DNA from: Pelomyxa schiedti
Lineage: Eukaryota > Protista > Evosea
Length of the DNA stretch: 35,857 nucleotides
Direction: 5' to 3'
Assembly (NCBI GenBank): GCA_020536535.1
Contig: JAHLWZ010000066.1
Coordinates: 1 to 35,857 of the forward strand
Below the pieces are notes generated by a model. That model was not told where the DNA came from and made no database searches. It was given only the letters and a program-made list of their open reading frames with translations. Position 1 is the first letter of the stretch. Each line of letters opens with the position of its first letter. The translations under genes were made by a program, and so were the position numbers. Positions 21,990-32,828 of this stretch are shown piece by piece.

Positions 21990-23098
21990 TCATGGCTCTG
22001 CATAGTCTTGCAGTATATGAAAATCAGAATGTGAGTGGATCACAACACTGGTTTTATTGTCAAGATTGTGGAAAGGGGATGTGCCCGGGTGATTGTCTGG
22101 CGTTCCTGTGTGTGTTTTGTTGTCTTCTGTTGTGGATTGAGGGTCTTCACTGGACTGTTTATCATCAGGGTAGTTACTGCATAAAATTGCCTAAGGCATG
22201 TTACGGAAAGGGGGTGAAAGAATCTCTGAATTACCACAGGAACTTCTGATCGGGCTTTGCAATCTTTGAGAAGCAAGGCGGCACGTTCTATTCTGGGACG
22301 AGGTAGTGAATCAGAATGTAGAAGTGCGTTCGCGAAGCACGTCTGTGCAACCCCAAAGTTACCTTCTACCATTTCTTTTTTTCCTTTCTCGTACCTTTGG
22401 TTGGTTAGGAACTTACTGTAACTGTTGTGAGAATTCTTACCAGTCGTTCCCAGATAAGGACTCTAGGTCAGGATTGAGCTTATCAATCTTAGATACAAGG
22501 AGGGCCACATCTTCCGAAACTCGTTTCGTTAATGCTAAATTGATATAGGCCACAGTTTCAGATATAGTGGCCTTTATTTCCTTCAACTCGGATACAACTT
22601 TGACTGCATTCTCATAACGACTCTCTTTCATCTTCTCCAATCGAGTTTTTGCTGATCTTTTTTTGAGATAGGTACATGAACAGGGAAAAAAAAAAGGCTT
22701 ACATACTCGAGGCGAGATACCACTTCCTTCGTAATTACGGTGTCACATTTTTCCAGCTGCAAAGTGCTCAGCAAAACCAAATCGTTATTTAATGCCTTGA
22801 ACTGGTCGTGGGCCTCCCCACACGCACTGTAATAACCAGCCACTGCCTTTTGGTTTTGATTTTGAGTTTAGTTTTGGTTTTTGTGTTTCGTACAGCTAGC
22901 GAGAACTGAAAGGGGGTGAAGAAAAAAACAAAAAAAAAAAAAAAGGGGAAGGGGGCGTATTACCGTGGCGACATCAACCAAGGCAACGAGAACTTCACCA
23001 ACCACGGGCAACTTTGCCATCACCGTAGGAGCTACAACACGCGCGCCTTCGAAAAGTGCTCGTGCCGCGTCAATGGGTGCACTGCCACCAATCCCCAT
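21990..23098 (-). CDS. Small protein (283 aa, 5 exons): N-myristoylation motif, MLKL/HeLo-like helical domain, TPR-like motif, acidic tail
   Basis: Exons 23098-22964, 22846-22707, 22656-22441, 22394-22235, 22190-21990 splice into one frame: MGIGGSAP...LPVVGEVLVALVDVATAVAG...FKALNNDLVLL...RLESAKTRLEKM...ELKEIKATISETVAYINLAL...NDWYEKGKKEMVEGNFGVAQTCFANAL. Gene model is firmer than the domain call. Confidence 0.65.
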
Positions 23099-24219
23099 CC
23101 GCTTGTAAAAGATCTGACGGCACAACCACAACGAGTACGGATCTTGAAGATGTATTTGTTTAGCTGAAAATCAACCCAACTTTGTTTTCGTCACGTACCC
23201 GTTGATCATACGCAACAAGAGTGGGAGCACCAGACTAGTCTAGTTCGTTCCTATGGGCGCACTACGTCTGGCATGTTGACACATGGGCTGGCAACCCTTC
23301 TTGGTGCAGCTTTAAAACAATCGCAGCAGCTGCAATGAAGGTGAGACGCTCACTGATGTGGAGGTACTGCTGCTTGGTCCTGTTGACACGCATGTCAACT
23401 TTGTCATCACATTTCTGGTGATCACCTGCCTAATAACAAACCGCCATCACTGTGATCAGTGTTGTGCATAGTGTTGTGGTTTGCTGTGATGTTTTTGTGT
23501 GACACGTCGACAACATCAAAGCGGCCATTCCCCTAACAGATCAACCCGAAAAAAAACAATCTGCAACCAAGGTGTGGAGGTGTTTGGAGGTTTGAAAATG
23601 GGTGGGAGAGGGAGAGGTCTGCATCACAGCCTCAGGCAGCACCATCAACATCACAAACCCAGGATTGATGATGTTGTTGTTGTGAACCAACCCACTGATG
23701 TCCATGTCCATCTTCGTCACTGTTCCTCCCATTCATTTACCCCTGGCACAGAGGGCTCTTTCTCAATCAAAGAAAATGTCTCCATTGACCACAATGTTTC
23801 TTTTGCCTTAATATTAAAAAACCTAAACTTATCAAGGCTGTAAACAGCACTATTTCTTCTTCTGAAAGCACCAAGAGCACAACTAATTTTACCTCATAAA
23901 TGTGACAGTTCCCATTTTGGAGAAGAACCAACTGGGCAATAACAGTGGCTCCCCAAAAGGTATCAAAGTTCCTGTATCCCATGATGTAGTAATGTAAATA
24001 AGATTGGTTGAAGATCTTCCAACACCATGTGCTTGTGTCAAAGTAGACAGAGTTTGTAGGAAACAGCTTAAGATTCAAAGTCTGCTCTAAGGCCTTGTAA
24101 CAATTCTAAAGGTGTTAAATAAGCAATGGAGAACAAATTTCAACCTGTTTCAATTCCTCAGAGCAGAAAACTCTTTTGTATGAGGATCTAAACCTAAGGC
24201 AGCTTTTGTAATTCTATTC

Positions 24220-24560
24220 AGATCAGTATTAAAGACATTTGGACTTCCTCAACTGGTGCATCATTACTACTTTTTCGAGTCCACTACATGGATGACAATT
24301 TTCTATGTCATCAATTTATGCTTACCCCAAAAACACCATCAACAAGACTTGTCCACTTCCGAATGGAATAATCTTGAGGCGTTAACACTGTTGTTACAGG
24401 GTCCTTATGAGGTTTTTCTTTTATCAGTTGTTCATTTTTTCACTCTTACAAGGTAGCTTTACAGTCTGATAAGATGACTTTAGCTTTGGCATATAAGGCA
24501 ATACAAGCTTTACAGCAAGGCCTTTTGCAACCCATCCACTTTCCCCCAAGAATTTTAAAG
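24220..24560 (+). mobile_element. hAT-superfamily transposase remnant (spliced)
   Basis: STTWMTIFYVI (degenerate TRWNSxxxM) followed by LSTSEWNNLEALTLLLQGPYE|VALQSDKMTLALAYKAIQAL, the typical hAT insertion-domain pattern; stops on both sides. Confidence 0.65.
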
Positions 24561-25280
24561 TTGTTTATACCTTTTTCTTCTGTTGTGACTTATTCCTCAC
24601 AGTGCCGCTGCAGAGACGAGCCAGCAAATTTCATGAATCTGACATGAAATTCAACAATGGTTTTCTTTGTTCTCAAAGCATAATTCAATTAAATAAACCC
24701 CGATTTTTACTTACTCTTCTTCTTCTTATCTCAAGGGATGTGCCAGAACCACCAGCAACAGCAGCATCATCAGCCAATGCAATCTCTCCCAAACAACTGT
24801 CCGACAGCCATCACAATCACCTCAACAAGTATCTCTTGGGTTCCACAATACACACACCACACAGCCAGCTGTTCCCCTGATGCAACAACAGTGTCAATCT
24901 CACTGGGTTTTATCACCACCACAACTGTCACCATTGCATCAGTCAGCACCGTCACCAAGGCACACAGCTCCACACCTACAGCAGCAGCATGCAGGACCAC
25001 AACAATGCCGGCAATCACAGCAATCACAGTATGTGCATGCTATCCCGCGATCATCATCAGCACATCCCACCACTGTTCCTGCACAACAACAACAACAACA
25101 ACAACAGCAACGTGTGCCATGCACTCCCTCATCCCCATCGTCACAACCGTTGCTGTATGTTCCACCACGCTACCAGCAAGCTGTATTGCCTCCACAATGA
25201 CCTGCTATGGCTGTACCACAATGGCGCAATGCTAGGGCAGCACATTATTAGAGAGGACTACTACTAGCCAGGAGAGCTAA

Positions 25281-25405
25281 AAGAGCTGGAAGGGGAAGAA
25301 TAGGAGCCTGAAGCGGCAGCAGAGCCAGAAGGGGAAGAATAAGAGTTGGAAGATAAAGAATTGGAGCCGGAAGGCAAAGAATTGGAGCCAGAAGGGGAAT
25401 AAGCA
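25281..25405. repeat. Degenerate 21-nt tandem repeat (about 6 units) in a Ser-rich minus-strand ORF
   Basis: Units of the type gagccRgaaggNNaagaat; minus strand reads PSGSNSL PSGSNSL SSNSYSS PSGS. Confidence 0.7.
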
Positions 25406-26574
25406 GTAGCAGAGGATGGTTGATAGCTTGTAGGTTTGTTTTGAGAGGAGCCTGACTGATGCTTTGCAATCTGGGAGGAGCTGGCACAATAAGGGGAACC
25501 AACAGAAGCAGGTAATGTTGTACAGCTCATGGGAGGAGTAATATTTTGCTCTGCTTGTGACCTGGGAGGCACAAGCTGGGAGGAGCTTGTGGTATGGGTA
25601 ACATAGATACTTGTTGTGGGGGAAGTGGAAGACATGAAATGGGAGCCGATAGAGGGTGTATTCTGCACTGACTGAAGTTGACAACCACTGGGACTTGAAG
25701 GGCTTGCTAGGGAATCTGGAGATACCACTGGAGTCTCAATTTGTGGAGAAGACACCAGGGAAGAAGGAGGCAACATTTGTGATGGAGGAGGAAGCAGTGC
25801 CTGCATTTGTGGAAGCAGTGCTTGCATTTGTGGATTCTGTTCCTGTGCAGCAACCCACTCTTGAACCAACTGAGAAACATGTGCATAAAACACAGTTTGG
25901 GATATAAACAGTCACTGTTGTGTAAGGCCCACCAAACTGTTCTGAATAACCAGTTGTTTCCTTGTGTGGTGCCGAAAAAGATTCCTTACAGTTTTGCAAG
26001 ACTCCTTGCCAGTAGAATGTACGTCTTTTTGAGGGCCTGGAAAGTCTTGAGGAAGGACAATAGCATTGATGGAACTTACCATTTTCACCTTCATCTCTGT
26101 CTTTACTCCTTCTCTCTGCTTTCTTTCGTTCTGCTTCAATGCCCACTTTCATCTCTGCTGCCTTCTCCCATACCTGCATAATAATAATTAGGAAGGCCAG
26201 TCAATCTACCTGAGTCCATGGCACACGATTGTTTATAATTTTGTCACTGTCTTGCAGCAGTAATAGAATATAAATTCGTCCTTGGAATGAACTTAAATCA
26301 AAACTAAGGAGGCATAGGGAGAGCTACCAGGACTTTTCAAATAAGCAGCAACCCAGTTTGCTGAACAGTTTGCAGGTAAATAGGGACACTCAGCAACTTC
26401 AATGTCACAGCGTGAGATTAGAGATGTCCTACAACACAGTCAAATGAGAGTGAGTAAAAAAATTACACACTTATTATGGACCAAGTTGGCATATGCATCA
26501 AGCCATTCATCATGTGTGGACTTGATGGGGTCTGCAAAGAAACCACACTTTGAGCAGGCTAAGAACAAACAAGC

Positions 26575-27135
26575 CTCGTCTTGATGTATTGCTACTCTCT
26601 TGCTACCACCAATTTACTTCATTCAGGTTATCCATTGCCTTTCTGGAATCATATCAAATTTCGTTGAAGACAACTTGACAGTGTGACAGCTTGCCAGCTT
26701 GCCTCCTCATAGGAGCACATCTCTGTGGGGCTATTCTGACCCTGTACTTATATTCGAATCTTGCTCCTCAGCTCCTACTGGCAACACCCGGGACTGGGTC
26801 AAGCCTGGCATCTCCAAGATGAAGTGTTGGGTTAACTTCAAAAGGTATTCCACAACTGCTTTAGTACAGAGGAAACTGACTTTGCAAGGCTTATGTATCT
26901 AACAACCAAACAATACTAAGACTTCTAGAACTATTGCCATGGAACTGGAGAGGACTTGTGAGGAGGAAAAGAGGAAGAGCACTGACGTTGATGATATTAC
27001 TGTGAAGTACCAGAAACTGTCTGCATCTCATTATCACTGCACAAGTCAAGGGAAGCTCCCAAAGGCAAGAATTCAGCCATGATACTCTGATGCATATGTC
27101 ACCAGAGTTATGTGCAAAGCCTGGCAGAAGATGGA
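26575..27135 (+). repeat. Repeat R3, left arm (inverted partner 30265-30820)
   Basis: Both copies encode PPHRS[TA]SLWGYSDPVL...RDWVKPGISKMKCWVNFKR; high nucleotide identity in opposite orientation. Confidence 0.9.
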
Positions 27136-27267
27136 TTCCTTTGTGGTGGTATGTAGTCTCCCTTTGCTGGTGGAGCTGATTTGAGTGGTAAGTGTGAATT
27201 TATTGCTGTTACTGGAACTCATTTGGGTTTGAAAGAGTGGAGGCCCAGCTGTGATTTGGGAAATTGC

Positions 27268-27550
27268 AATTTCCTTTGGTTTTATATGAGCCCTGATCCT
27301 CACGGGTCCTTCCTGAGCTTTGAATGCACATGTGTAGCATTTCCACAGTTGTAATAACACTTGCTAAGCGTTGTACACATGGTCCTCTCCATTTACACAC
27401 CCATTGGAATAACTCACTGACTGCAGGTTCATCAGACCACTCTCTGCAATTGCGGTGTGTATTGCTCAACTGCTTAAAGTCATCCTAAATGCAAAGAAGT
27501 AAACAAATACCAATGTACAATTGTCTCACTCCACCTAACAGCCATTGCAA
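27268..27550 (-). repeat. Repeat R4, left arm (inverted partner 29340-29905); core related to R1
   Basis: Both copies encode SNTHRNCRE...PAVSELFQ...KWRGPCVQR...EMLHMCIQSSGRTRE; shared gctgttaggtggagtgagac. Confidence 0.9.
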
Positions 27551-27881
27551 ATGTTGTCAAAAAGTTTGTAACGGCACTCAAGTGATTGTCTCTCTTCCAG
27601 CGGTTCCCTTTATTTCAGGCATGAAGTTCAACTGTGATTGTATTGAAGCACTTCTTTGGGAGTACAGAACACCCTGGGGAAAGGTTGCATAAAAGTTGAG
27701 AAGCTCAGACATTCCACAACAAGATCACTTTATCTCCATGCCACAGCAGTGTAACTTTTCTGTGCAAAGACAAGTCAGGGCAGCCCAGCGCGGCAGCGGA
27801 GGGCGCATCCGGGCCTGGCAGCCGCTGTCGTCGGCAGGCAGACCGCGCACCTCGGCGCTGCCCCAGGATTGCTATGTGTGG

Positions 27882-28147
27882 GTAGAACTGCATTCTGAGG
27901 AAGGGTGCATATCTACTGTGGAGGAGAGGGGCGGTGAACACCCTTTGGGGGAGGGTGTCTTACACCTGCCATTCTGCCTTTTGCACCCTTGGGGATGCAC
28001 ATATCCACAAGGTGGGTTGAGAGGGATGAACACACTCTGTGGGGAAGGGTGTATGTTCGCCCTGCCTGTGCACCCCATGGAGGGGTGCCACAGAGCTAAT
28101 GAGAGGGGGAGGGGGAACTGGGGCCTGGTGGGGTGGTGACAGGCCCC
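27882..28147 (+). repeat. Diverged tandem array (about 3 units of 85-95 nt) carrying about 6 hairpins
   Basis: Perfect stems acaccct/agggtgt (27938-27958), gcacccc/ggggtgc (28070-28088), ggggcctg/caggcccc (28120-28147) plus three imperfect ones. Confidence 0.7.
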
Positions 28148-28212
28148 TTGCTGCACACACTGTCACAGCAAGACTGGCTGTGAAGGGCCAGGGGCACACC
28201 GCTGCACTCACA

Positions 28213-28503
28213 ATACAACACACAAAACACACAACAGTGCAGGCCACTGCATCATGGCAGAACACCCAACAACTGAACAACAACACACCGCTTAGTGTCC
28301 TCAATGTCTTCCAACGTTGAGACCCCTGATGCAGCAAAAATGATTGGTTGATGTTTTGCTCAAGGCACTCCTTCACTTGTGTGTGTGAAAACGCTCCATG
28401 TCCGCGCTCTTGATGCTGTTACGTCCGATCTCCCGCTTATTCTTTGAATTCGATGTGTAATCTGTTGTAGAAACGCGACGGTCCGGAGTTTTTGTTGTTC
28501 AGC
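28213..28503 (-). repeat. Dispersed repeat family R2, copy 2 (partial)
   Basis: Direct match to 1925-2160 and inverted match to 31010-31345. Confidence 0.9.
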
Positions 28504-29339
28504 AACGTTGTTGGCAAAAACCTGAAAAGCATTTTTTAATTGGAGCAGAAATTAAGCCTAAGTAAGAACTTGAAACTGGGAGGATTTGCACAAGTTGGCC
28601 AGGCTCCATTTTCTTCCAAATCGGACCGACCTACTGTTTGAGGAACAAGCATCATCTCTAGCACTTGTTCTAGTACCGCCAGAAGCAAGAACGTTCAGAG
28701 GCAGACAAAGGCACCATTTCCAAGTGTTTGTACATGCTCTCTCCATACTTCTCAACGTTGAGCCACATTTTGCATTCCTGAGGCTCCATCACCAGGATCA
28801 AAACCAATGGGAAAAATGCTGAGCCTTTCTTTCACCATTGCAGGGTGTGTTGCAGCAATGAATCACAACTCTTCCAAATACAAGTGTAAACGGTACTGAT
28901 CCAGCTGCACTATTCAGCCCTGTGTTGTGTGAATGCAACAATAGCAGGTATGAATTGATCCCACTTGACACTTGTCACCAGCTTTCTTTTGGGAACGGAA
29001 TTAGCCTGTTCAACTGTTGTTCCTGTTGCCAGAGGTCAACATTCTCCATATTGACGGTGCTGTCACCATCGCACCACAAGGAGCTTTCATGTAATCAGAG
29101 AACATTGAGAAAAACCATTTGATCTGCCAGTGGGGTCTACAGTAGTGTCTTCTGTATATTTTAACTTTCATGGAAACACCCAGGAGCTGGCGGCCTCTGT
29201 ATGATGTAAAATATCCAGGGGCCAAGTATAAATCGCCGCGGGCTGCCGTGAGGACGACCAAATTGGAACACCACACACTGGCCCCATCAAAGTGACACAG
29301 AAATATATGTTGGTTTCGTATATATTGAGTCATGTCTTT

Positions 29340-29905
29340 GCCAATTGCTGTTAGGTGGAGTGAGACTGTAGGAATGAATGACTTTTAGAGTGGAGTAACA
29401 GTTGGGCTTTGCAAATCGGGGAATAAGGCCCATTGGCGAGCTCTCTTTCCATCTAATGATGAATCCAAGTTTTAGTGCCACACAAGCACAGCATCCATGT
29501 TTCCACTCCTTGTAAGCTATCTTGGTATTCTCCAAATAATTTAAGAACAACTTCAAAGAGTTCTTGGCATGTTCAGGTTGCCTGAAGCTTTAAGCAGAAA
29601 CGAAGTCACGAATCCAAGCAAAATTTGAACAGTTCCTGATGGTTACAGAGTTATGTTCTTTTGGTATTTGTTTACTTCTTTGCCTTTAGGATGAGTTTAA
29701 GCAGTTGAGCAATACACACCGCAATTGCAGAGAGCAGTCTGCTGAACCTGCAGTCAGTGAGTTATTCCAATTAGTGCGGAAATGGAGAGGACCATGTGTA
29801 CAACGCTCGGCAAGTGTTATTACAACTGCGGAAATGCTACACATGTGCATTCAAAGCTCAGGAAGGACCCGCGAGGGTCAGGGCTCATATAAAACCAAAG
29901 GAAAT
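29340..29905 (+). repeat. Repeat R4, right arm
   Basis: Inverted match to 27268-27550, with about 290 nt extra (29370-29660) absent from the left arm. Confidence 0.85.
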
Positions 29906-30137
29906 CAGCTCCACCAGCACTCTCGGTGAGCTGTGTAATGTAAGGGATTATTATCTTAGCCAAAGTGGAGCCATACCCAGGACAGGATGCTGCAGTCCAA
30001 GCATGGCCTTCACTCAAGCTGGAAGGAGAATAGCCATGCTAGTGGCCGTAATTAGAAGGCAGTTTACAATAATTCTGAACGAATTTGCAAGCCATACAAA
30101 GAGAGTTTAGGATTACATCTACCAAGAGTTCAATAGG

Positions 30138-30198
30138 CTTGTGGCATGTCCAGCAAAGTCTGACATAGGGATTGTAACAATACTGGACATGCCACAAG
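30138..30198. repeat. 16-bp perfect inverted repeat with 29-nt spacer
   Basis: cttgtggcatgtccag (30138-30153) and ctggacatgccacaag (30183-30198). Confidence 0.9.
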
Positions 30199-30264
30199 GC
30201 TTTCTGAGTCCCTGGCCATTAATTAGTCAGCTTTCAGTTAAGTAGACTGGCATACCAACGCAAA

Positions 30265-30820
30265 GGAATCCATCACTACTTCGGCCAGGCTTTGCACATA
30301 ATTCTGGCAACATATGCATCAGAGTATCATGGCTGAATTCTTGCCTTTGGGAGCTTCCCTTCCGCAGTGATAATGAGATGCAGACAGTTTCTGGTACTTC
30401 GCGGTAATATCATCAACGTCAGTGCTCTTCCTCTTTTCCTCCTCACAAGTCCTCTCCAGTTCCACGGCAATAGTTCTAGAAGTCTTAGTATTGTTTGGTT
30501 GTTAGATACATAAGCCTTGCAAAGTCAGTTTCCTCTGTACTAAAGCAGTTGTGGAATACCTTTTGAAGTTAACCCAACACTTCATCTTGGAGATGCCAGG
30601 CTTGACCCAGTCCCGGGTGTTGCCAGTAGGAGCTGAGGAGCAAGATTCCGCATATAAGATAAGTACAGGGTCAGAATAGCCCCACAGAGATGCGCTCCTA
30701 TGAGGAGGCAAGCTGTCAAGTTGTCTTCAACGAAATTTGATATGATCCCAGAAAGGCAATGGACAACCTGAACGAAGTAAATTGGTGGTAGCAAGAGAGT
30801 AGCAGTACATCAAGACGAGA
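30265..30820 (-). repeat. Repeat R3, right arm
   Basis: Inverted match to 26575-27135. Confidence 0.9.
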
Positions 30821-31009
30821 ATTGTTTGTATTCCAGAAGGCAAAACCTTGGTGATGCTGAGAGCTCCTGATATTTTCAACTCACCACCACCGTTGAATAG
30901 ATAGATGGCTGTGGCGCGCTCGCAACCAACATCGCGGACATCGCCGACAACTTCCTCTCAGAGAAGGTTGAAGACACGGTGATGCGACCAGCAAGACCAG
31001 GGCTAGCTG

Positions 31010-31600
31010 GCTGAATAAAAAAAAACTCTGGACCGCCGCGTTTCCAAAGTTTAGGTTTTGCTGCTGGTCAACAGACAGATTCGATCAGGTCTGTACACAT
31101 CGAATTCAATGAATAAGCGGGAGACCGTAACAACAACAAGAGCGCGGACATGGAGCGTTTTCACACACACACACAAGTGAAAAGGAGTGCCTCGAGCAAA
31201 ACATCAACCAAATCATTTTTGCTGCAGCAGGGGTCTCAACGTCGGAAGACATTGAGGACACTAAGCGGTGTGTTGTTGTTCAGTTGTTGGGTATTTTCTG
31301 CCATGATGCAGTGGCCTGCACTGTTGTGTGTTTTGTGTGTTGATGTATTTAAACTATATATATCTACCCTGCAATATATATATATGTGGTCAATTTTAAC
31401 ATCGATTTCTTCTTCCAGGGGGAGACATTCGAGGACAAAATGCCTTGATGTCAACAATCAAATTCCCAACATCTCCTTCTCTGATGGGATTGACATGATG
31501 GGACGGACACCTTCAACTGATGTTCAATAAAATCGTTGAAGAGCACACCAGTGCCAATGGCAGAAGAGACCATTGTTGGTCACATCCCACGGGAGACTTT
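31010..31600 (+). repeat. Dispersed repeat family R2, copy 3
   Basis: Inverted match to 1630-2165 and to 28213-28503. Confidence 0.9.
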
Positions 31601-32828
31601 GAAATGACACAAGGTCCACTTCAGCAAAGATTCTTTTTCGAATCGAAACAATACAGAGGCAAAAAGCAAAGATAATCTTCGACACATGCTACAATCCTGG
31701 GTCCGACAATGAGTTAGTTGCTGTTCCTTGGCCAGTTTGTTTCCCCCACTGTGTTTTAGTCTCTTACCTATCCTAAGGAGGTTATGGTGACGGTCAAGTC
31801 ACTGCGAGTCCCCCTCCAGACACGAAAGGCTGCAGCAGATTATCTCGCAGTCTATGAAGCACTGGACCCCAAAGGTATGATGCACGTGAACTCCTTGCAG
31901 AGCTTCTCTCACGCTAAGAGCCAGCGCCACATTTGGGTTTGGATCTAGTCCCAGAGCCGGAACCAGAGCCAGAAACAGAGCCTGAGGAAGATCAAGAACC
32001 ACAGCCAGATCGCAACTGCATACCCAAAAGAGCCCAGTGAAAAATCAGCAGCAGTCCCGGGATGAAGATGGCAATTATGCAGAGCTTCTCTCAAAGCCCT
32101 TATTCGTCAGCTAAATGTACTCAACTTCTTTTTTTTTATCTTTTGCTTACGTTGTCAGAAACAACCCAAGCCAATGAAGTAGAATGTACAGGGAAACTGA
32201 CAGCAGCCAAATGCTAAGAATGTGTCGTAACTCCTTGTGTGGGGATTTACCACAGTCCCTCGTAACCCCTCGAACTTTGTGAATTGAAGCTAAAAATATC
32301 CCTTCTGTGTTAGAAGAAAAAGCAATTTAGAACCTTGGAGGCTCCCTGGAGCTCCAGCGGTCAGCGACGAAGAACTACTGGGGACTGGGCGTGACAACAT
32401 CTATCCGTTTTTTAAGCGACGTTTTCGGCATCGATGGTTTCTCCGGTGTTCCGTTCGCGATGTCAGTTACTCTCCTTTTTTTTTTTTATTTGTTCGCAAT
32501 GTTGTTGCTTTTTGGTTGTCTTGTACATGAATCAACATAAGCACGACAGGTACTTAAGTACCACAATACTGACCCGGCCTTTTTCTTTTTTTCTTTTTCC
32601 CTGTGGTCTCACATGCGGACCTACTTATAATCGAGCTATCATCACGGTACATTTTCTTTTTATCATTGTCAAGCCTTACTTCCACCTTCACACCCACTTC
32701 ACCTCTCCCTTTTCTCTTGCTCTTGCACGCCTACACTCCACTCTGCCGCATTTCCAACCCACACTCACTCTCCACTTCTCCATGGTGTTCCCTGACGGGG
32801 AAAAAAAACAAAAAAGAGGGTCTCGCCC

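Noticed and set aside
25264-26180. Ser/Pro-rich minus-strand ORFs as an intact gene
   Set aside because: No domain and no convincing start or exon chain; lies among decayed repeats.
27882-28147. CRISPR array
   Set aside because: Repeats are not identical, spacers are related to each other, no cas genes, eukaryotic context.
28560-29333. Transposase-like fragment on the minus strand (IFLCHFDGASVW, FSDYMKA)
   Set aside because: Only isolated short motifs amid stops; cannot assign a family without a profile search.
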